From assembly GCA_030141605.1 (NCBI GenBank), contig JAQGDQ010001710.1:1-28346 (forward strand): 28,346 bases of DNA. Reading direction: 5' to 3'. The translations under genes were made by a program, and so were the position numbers. The stretch comes from Tubiluchus corallicola. Taxonomy: Eukaryota > Animalia > Priapulida. Below are positions 20,666 to 28,346 of the stretch, one piece after another (position 1 is the first letter of the stretch; every line of letters begins with the position of its first letter). Under the pieces are notes generated by a model. It was not told the DNA's origin. It ran no database searches and saw nothing but the letters and a program-made list of their open reading frames with translations.

Positions 20666-21144
20666 ATTTATAGAGTTAGCAGCCATTTAGATTTTAGACG
20701 AAGAACTGTTAATCTTTTGGATAAGACTTAGTATTTGTAATTTTTACACACAATGGTGAACAAAAATTTTACCAAAATTTTTATTATTCGTACTTCCTTT
20801 CTGCCTAGCAGAACCGAAATGTTCGTTCTCTAAACCAGAGTCCGATTCGCCACAACACCTCGGGCAATCTATAAAAGTTGGGATTGAGCATTCACGACAG
20901 GGCCTGTTTGGTATTTGTGGAGAGACTGGAATCTAGCTTTATGTGAAAGAGGGTCCTCTGAGATGAGAAACTGAACCAACAGAAGCTTTTTCGCCACGCA
21001 TAAATTCATTTACATCTTTTCTCAACGAGGCAAATAGTCTGAGACAGAACACGATAATTTTCCAGGTGGTCCCCCGTCCATTTTCTAACTAGCCTTGCTA
21101 TTGCATAACTTACAGTCGTTTCATTGCTATTATTTGCGTTGCAG

Positions 21145-21305
21145 GTTTCTTGGTACCTCTGGAGTCATACAGAGCACTCTAGATGTAAAAACCACAAATT
21201 ATAAAGAGAAATGTGAATCGCTGAGCTACTTGATTGACAAGCAGAAAGAGTTATGCTTGAAGGACCACAACATTCTACGTGCAGTCAGCAAGGGCGCTGC
21301 AATGG
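21145..21305 (+). CDS. Wnt ligand gene, internal exon (probably exon 2; WntA-like)
   Basis: Acceptor ttgcag|G and donor ATGG|gtttgt; encodes FLGTSGVIQSTLDVKTTNYKEKCESLSYLIDKQKELCLKDHNILRAVSKGAAM(G) with the Wnt C..L..L...Q..LC pattern; ends in phase 1. Confidence 0.85.
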
Positions 21306-21559
21306 GTTTGTATCATTTTATGGGTCTCCCATATTGCAAAGATATCCCATATTGTCGTGTATAAAATCTCATATTTGTACATACTTTGAAGAAGATGTAC
21401 GATCAGTGTTATGCTTGAAGGACCACAACATTCTGCGTGCAGTCAGCAAGGGCGCTGCAATGGGTTTGCATCACTTTATGGGTTTCCCATATTGCAAAGA
21501 TATCCCATATTGTCGTGCATAAAATCTAACATTTGTACATACTTTGAAGAGGATGTACG
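21250..21559 (+). repeat. 158-bp-period tandem duplication of the Wnt exon 3' part, donor and intron start
   Basis: 21250-21401 is repeated at 21408-21559. Confidence 0.92.
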
Positions 21560-21939
21560 GTGTACAATCAGTGCCTGCCTGTCCAAAGTTTAAGGCAACA
21601 CAAAATAGAGATTGTGGCGACAGTGGCGGTGGCGATCTTAGTTGTTGTGGCGGTGGTGGCGGTGGCGGTGTCGTTGCAGTAGCAGTGAGTGAATGCCAAA
21701 GTTGATTATTGAAACTTGGCAATAACAAGCTTTGTTGTAACTGCTAAATGTTCCTTTTTATGTGTAGCTTATTGTAGCATAAGTGTAGCCTTAATTAGTG
21801 GTGCTGCAGCTTGCGTAAGTGATTCCTACGTACGGAGGCTATTGGGGTTGGTCAATCAGTAAATCTGTAAGTCATGTTGTTGATGTCTGGTCTCATACGT
21901 AACAGCTAGCTGCTACACACACTGTTAGGAAACAGATTA

Positions 21940-22344
21940 CGGTGTTCCCTCGCTACTTCGCGGTTCGTTTTATCGCGGACTCGCTGTTTCGCGGGTTTTT
22001 GCGGTACCCCGTCTAAAGTATTTTTGCACATGCGTAGTACGTATTGTACAGTAATGTATAGATTTGATGAATTTTGCATAAAATATTATAAATCATAAAT
22101 AATTACCATTTACAGTAAATAGTGTATTTATTCGGTGGTTGAATACAGCCCAAAAACGAAATGTGGTACTTGCGTCCGCTTGCGATGCTACTTACCGACG
22201 TGAGATTGTACACAACACACGATTGGTTGATTGATGGAATGTAAAATAATGTATAACTACTAAAATAAGTATAGCGTCCCTACATCGGGGAAATTCACTT
22301 ATTGCGGGTGGACCTGGAACGGAACGATAAGCGAGGGAACAACT
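21940..22344. mobile_element. Tc1/mariner (pogo/Tigger-like) MITE
   Basis: TA|CGGTGTTCCCTCGCT...AGCGAGGGAACA inverted termini and TCGCGG subterminal motifs; right end degenerate. Confidence 0.7.
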
Positions 22345-22482
22345 TTCACCTTGATCTAAACTTTCACCTTGAACTAGTGTGCATAACATTTACCTTCATT
22401 GAATTGCTGGCTTCCCTTTACTTCATGGAAAATTTTACCTGGGCAGTTGGTTTTTACAGATAACAATGTAAGCATGTGACCT

Positions 22483-23196
<714 letters not shown>

Positions 23197-23693
23197 CAAT
23201 GTATGGTATCACTACTGATTCAGAACATAAAGTTTGTGAGATATAAAACGAAACTCACCTGTATTCTACCTTATTTATCAGTGTCTTAGCACTTACCTTT
23301 AGAGTCTCTTCACACAGTATGTTCCAAACTTGTATCGTATTTAAACATTACATATTCAAACAAAAGCAAAAATGTTTGTTAGGTAGACCTGAAAGTGACT
23401 TGTTAAAGGATAAGAAAAGTGGTGTGTGAAGTAGTTCTCAGAAAAATCGCCTTAAAAAATTATATTACTTTTTAGCAATTTTCTATAAACACGTTTGGAG
23501 ATTCCTGTGTAGCAACCAACTAAGTCCACTCCCATTAATTGCAAAGGTTTCTTCTTCTGAATCTCATTAACTGGACTGTAGATGTCACTGTGATCGCCAG
23601 AGTGTTCATGAAGCAGTGCGGCTTATTGCACGACAAATTATTACCCGTTGCGTGCAATGAGTCGAAGGAAGAAATGAGACCTTGAAAAATTGT

Positions 23694-23764
23694 AAACCGG
23701 TATGGAATCGAACCCGGGACCTGGGATTAGACCTCCCGTGTTCTGCCACTTCAGCTACCAGTTC
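23694..23764 (-). mobile_element. tRNA-derived SINE head or tRNA pseudogene
   Basis: Minus strand has A box TAGCTGAAGTGG, B box GGTTCGATTCC, acceptor-like GAACTGG/CCGGTTT and a GGGA/TCCC stem. The T-stem and anticodon loop are degenerate. Confidence 0.65.
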
Positions 23765-23847
23765 AGCGTGATAAATCAGGCTCGAGATTTCATCCTTGTG
23801 GCACACAGTCCAACAACGCCCCCTCTGTATAGTCAAATTCTTCTGAA

Positions 23848-24613
23848 CAGGGCCGGATTAAAGCAAAACCGTCCAAAATCTCTCGTTATCCTAGCTGCTT
23901 ACAGTTGTTTGTTTGTTTGTCTGTTTGTTTGCGGTAAAGCTTGCTTATAATTTCCTGTCACATCGTGCTGAAGACACACCTTAGCCTAGCAACAAAATCG
24001 AAAAAAGTCAATAATTTTCATCACTTTTTCACAAAATAGCCGTCACCAATAAACGCGAATTTCGTTTGGAAACAAGAACGAAGAAATAAACAACAAAACG
24101 ACGATTTCGATCAGGATTGGTGACTGAAACAATTAAAGGCAAGAAACTCTGGATTTGCGCGTAAGAGTGGGCGAAAATTGAAATCCGCGTGTATTATGAC
24201 TGACCACTGGTTGCTTAGCAGTGTCCACATTTTCTGATGTTAATGTATAATTATGTGAACAGCTGCTTGACACTCTTAAAGCAAAACCGGACTCAATCTT
24301 AAACTGAAGGTTAAAAAACAATCTACTCTTTAAAATATTGAAAGGAAACATAGTATTTTTTCAAAAATGACTTACGTGAAAGAATTATTACCACACAAAT
24401 ACAATTTAACGTTCGCGCCACTAGTTGTTCGCTGCTACATGCATTTCACCATTCGCTAGTTAGACGGGCACTAGCGTCTGCATTTGGGAACGCATTGCAC
24501 AAAAAACAGGTGCTGTACCTCTCAGTTCAGATGTTCCTGTAACGCAAAGGAGAGAGCCGGGACACCAGGTGTTGGGGGTGATTAGGGCGCCAACACACCT
24601 TAATCCGGCCTTG
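23848..24613. mobile_element. Non-autonomous hAT-like element, 766 bp
   Basis: TIRs CAGGGCCGGATTAA/TTAATCCGGCCTTG (13/14); TSD CTTCTGAA/CCTCTGAA (7/8). Internal 24277-24535 is homologous to the flanks of MITE copy 1. Confidence 0.78.
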
Positions 24614-26469
24614 CCTCTGAATCTCCTACAAGACTATTTTGAAAGGATCATTCCCTGTCCTTCAAGGTAAAAGATCGGCGTCTTTACCTACAAAACGGAT
24701 ATAAATGGCAGATATCGTACAGCCTCATCTACGAAGTCCCTGTCACTGTGTTGAAATCACAGCAGACACCAACCAAGCATTCCCTAGATCCGAAAAAATG
24801 TCGTCTTTGGTTTGGAGAAAGAGCACTGCCCCATTTGCATACACAAACCATTTATCATTTATGCCCCTTTTTTTATATTATTTACCACCTCAGTAGGCCT
24901 GCTGCCGTTGCCTAGCAACTAAACTTGCCCAAACATATACCTGAAAATCGTGCGTTTCTGAGGATAACAATAATGTAACTTAAGCTTTAATTTTCTTAAG
25001 CAGGAAAGCCGTTGTAACGATTAATGCGATTACCGTCTCAGATCTGCTTGTCAAATGTTGTGATTGACGGAAACTGATTAACTGTTTTAATAATATTACT
25101 TCCGGTTGTGCTATAATATACGTAAAAATTTAAAAGTAGAACTTAATTAACTGGCGCTACCAACTACCAACACAATTATGTATATATAATCATCTTTATT
25201 TGCCATTAAAATACATTGATAATCACTGATAAAAACTTTACAGAGATGATCAATCAGTGTTACTTAATAAAAACTTACACTGCTAAAGGCAAATGCGTCA
25301 GTGCAATCTAAACTACTGTGCAGTAATGGAAAGTAACGACGAATAAAATCAAACGTATTTACAACTATGCACAAAAAATGAAAAAATTATGATTTAATTA
25401 ATATGGCCGTGGATATATGAATTCTGAATTAGTGTGTTTGTTGTCGTACTGGTGTGATGGTATTTCATATCTGGTTAATATTAGCGATTTTAATTTTGTT
25501 TTAAATACAATATATTAACAATAGTAAAATAATGCTTCCAAAATTGCTGTGCGCTAGCAGCCCATTGAGTCAGAATTCTTATATTATATTGTTTATCGTT
25601 TATTAGACAAAACACCATTATGTATGTATGTAGTTTATTGACTAAAACAAATTACTTGTATACACGAGGAACGAGGTAAATGCCACAATCGATACGTTAG
25701 TGATTTTAGTCCAAATGTCACTTTACGTACTTTTTCTACTCAAGGTTATAGCATTAAAAACAGTGTTATGCATACAAGGTACATTAGCATAAATGTTGGA
25801 AAATTTCATAACTGATTATATAACAATTAGTGTGCTCAAAGAAGTGAGTTAAATCAGCAAAGTTTACATTGTCGTAGCGGTTTCTAATATTTGATGTTAG
25901 GGGGCGTGTCTGTATAACGTGTTTCTCAGTTTGAATGTCCCCACAAGGACCATAACTTATTACAATTACATAATAAGATATGCTGCATACAATTATACAA
26001 ACTGAAAACAAAAATTACTACAATTACTTGTCAAGTAAGCAGTCAAGTAAGCAGTCAATTATTAGTGAACAAATGATGTAACTGCTTGCAGCTGAGCTAA
26101 AAGAGAGCTTGGAAAGTCCAGCTGCAATGCATGGTGAGTTCGGGGCAGGATAAAAGAGATGCGCTATGAAGAGAGATGACATGAAGGTAAAATGAGGGTG
26201 TAAGTATGGAGTAGAGAATGTCTCTATTGTATAGAGAGTCCATAATGTATGGAGAAGAGAAGAAAAAAAGCTAAAAATTATTAAAAAATTAAAAAAATGA
26301 AATGGCTAGAGCATGATAAGTCATTTATGTATACAGGGAAAGACTGTGAGTGGCACACAGTATGACAAGAAAAGTTGAAGTTCTCAATATCGTATCGATA
26401 ATGTGTTTTTTTGCTCCACACGAACTTAGATAGGCAAACCGTCGCAAAGCATCACAACCCAACAAAATT

Positions 26470-27017
26470 TTTGTTGTTGGCATCCTTCTGTCTCTGAAGA
26501 CAATGGAGTGTGCGCCAAGAGAGTCAGTTATTGATCACATTGATGGAGCTGCAGCGTCGACTGTGGCTGAGCAATCCGATCCTTGAACCACTGGAGTGGC
26601 CTCTCCAGGGCGCACGCCTGGGCAAGGTGTATGGAGATCCTGAGTTGCCCAGACAACAGGAACCCCCTCCCCCTTCCTCCCTGGTGTAGTCCAAAGGAAA
26701 GCGGAGCGATACGTTTGGCACCAGGTTGGCTGCAGGAGCTGCCGGAGTCAGTGAGCATGCTGCACTGGTCCGCCTTCGAGGATCCACTCCTGATTTGGAT
26801 GGTTTACTCCTCTACACATGGCCGTCGGGTTACTTGAACTGTTGGCTGCTTGTGTAGCTCCTCAGCCTAGTGTCGAGATACAGTGTGGACATCCCGCAAG
26901 CCTACAGAACCTGGTATTCCTAGAAGGTCACCCATCCAAGTACTAACCATGCTCTACGTTGCTTAACTTCGGTGATCAGACGAGAACCGGTGTTTTCAAC
27001 GTGATTTGGCCGTAGTT
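26470..27017 (-). mobile_element. 5S-rRNA-derived SINE (SINE3) with bipartite RTE-like body and tail
   Basis: Minus strand: 5S head, then a GC-rich segment resembling an RTE 5' UTR, then an RTE ORF-end motif SRIGLLSHSRRCSS, then CCATTGTCTTCAGAGACAGAAGGATGC and a (CAA)n tail. Confidence 0.7.
26898..27017 (-). pseudogene. Eukaryotic (metazoan-type) 5S rRNA copy forming the SINE head
   Basis: Reverse complement reads CTACGGCCAAATCACGTTGAAAACACCGGTTCTCGTCTGATCACCGAAGTTAAGCAACG...GTTAGTACTTGGATGGGTGACC...GAATACCAGGTTCTGTAGGCTT, ~120 nt, with no oligo-T terminator. Confidence 0.9.
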
Positions 27018-27233
27018 AAAACACAAAATACGACAAAATTAATCAGAGCACAGCACACAAACACTGTACTAAGTGCCTAGAGCAACTAAAATCCCACATT
27101 ATTCTCCTTGCTCAACTCTTGGATTGCTCCTCTGCACCTTCCATTATGAAGTTAACTGTCTTTAATTAGTTTTCGTGCCAATAATTGGGCAAATTAATAA
27201 TTTAGTAATAAATACATTTTTCCCTTTTTCCAG

Positions 27234-27326
27234 GTATTGACGAATGCAAGTATCAGTTCAGTGGTAGACGTTGGAATTGTTCAACTTTTAACGAGACTAG
27301 TGTATTCGGGGGCGTGCTAAACATAA
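27234..27326 (+). CDS. Wnt ligand gene, next exon (WntA-like)
   Basis: Strong acceptor tttttccctttttccag| and donor A|gtaagt; phase 1 matches the previous exon; encodes (G)[30 protein letters not shown] with the Wnt signature EC.YQF..RWNC. Confidence 0.92.
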
Positions 27327-28054
27327 GTAAGTGAATTATAAGTATGTTATCACAAATAAAACTAAATGTTCCAAGTACAACCACAGACGGACAGACAGAT
27401 AGACGGGCAGACAGACAAACAGCAACAATTACAGACAGACAGACAGATAAACGGGCAGACAAACAAACAGCAACAATCACAGAATTGTTCAACTTTTAAT
27501 GAGACAAGTGTATTTGGGGGCGTGCTAAACATAAGTAAGTCAATTATAACTGTGTTAATACAAATAAAACCAAATGTTCCAAGTACAACCACAGACGGAC
27601 AGACAGATAGACGGGCAGACAAACAAACAGCAACAATCCCAGAATTGTTCAACTTTTAATGAGACAAGTGTATTTGGGGGCGTGCTAAACATAAGTAAGT
27701 CAATTATAACTGTGTTAATACAAATAAAACCAAATGTTCCAAGTACAACCACAGACGGACAGACAGATAGACGGACAGACAGATAGACGGGCAGACAAAC
27801 AAACAGCAACAATCACAGAATTGTTCAACTTTTAATGAGACAAGTGTATTTGGGGGCGTGCTAAACATAAGTAAGTCAATTATAACTGTGTTAATACAAA
27901 TAAAACCAAATGTTCCAAGTACAACCACAGACAGACAGACAGATAGACGGGCAGACAAACAAACAGCAACAATTACAGACAGACAGACAGACAGACAGAT
28001 AGACGGGCAGACAGACAAACAACAACAATCACAGACAGATAGACGGACAGACAA
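27274..28054 (+). repeat. Four-unit tandem array of exon 3' part, donor and (GACA)n
   Basis: GAATTGTTCAACTTTTAA...ACATAAGTAAGT starts at 27274, 27482, 27642 and 27818 (periods 208, 160, 176). Confidence 0.93.
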
Positions 28055-28314
28055 GCGAAAAAGCATTTATACATTGCCAAATTTTACTAGTAAAACCAAA
28101 GACAGCGATGGTAATGATGACGATGACGACGACGATGGAACACGGAAAATGAACGCATTTGGCACGGAAAAATGTCAGTGAAAATACCATGGAAACTCAC
28201 AATACAGCTGCCACTCTGTCATTAATGTGATTTACAGTCGAAATGTCAAATGTTCCAGTTAAATGTCAGCAAGCAACCTACTTTGCTTAGATATTATAGG
28301 AAATGATTACAACC

Positions 28315-28346
28315 ATGACGACGTGACGATGATGATGATGATGATG
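28315..28346. repeat. (GAT)n/(GAC)n trinucleotide repeat running to the window end
   Basis: Directly visible; a similar tract lies at ~28106-28137. Confidence 0.8.

Noticed and set aside
26898-27017. Functional 5S rRNA gene
   Set aside because: Solitary and intronic, with substitutions relative to typical metazoan 5S, no oligo-T terminator, and fusion to retroposon sequence.
27274-28054. Repeat-spacer-like array as CRISPR or repeat protein
   Set aside because: Units are exon/intron copies separated by variable GACA microsatellite; the ORFs are by-products.

Overview
The window is a chimera. Bases 1 to ~8310 are gene-dense, intact bacterial DNA of Bacteroidota type, all on the + strand: DUF4834-like gene, glyQS, nucleotide-sugar dehydrogenase, GT4 glycosyltransferase, then thrS-infC-rpmI-rplT ending in an intrinsic terminator at 8283-8308. 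From ~8338 onward the DNA is animal (invertebrate-like) nuclear sequence: hAT, Tigger-like and piggyBac-like MITEs with TIRs/TSDs, decayed LINE ends, micro/minisatellites, a ~2.9-kb inverted repeat, a 5S-rRNA-headed SINE with an RTE-like body and tail, and two phase-compatible spliceosomal exons of a Wnt gene (WntA-like). The switch maps to a 29-bp interval (8309-8337) between the terminator and a 31-bp copy of the retroposon 3' tail. An assembly or concatenation artefact (host plus symbiont) is the most likely explanation, but a very recent bacterium-to-animal insertion cannot be excluded from sequence alone. Most ORF-track entries beyond 8.3 kb are spurious. Family assignments are from motif recognition, not database searches.
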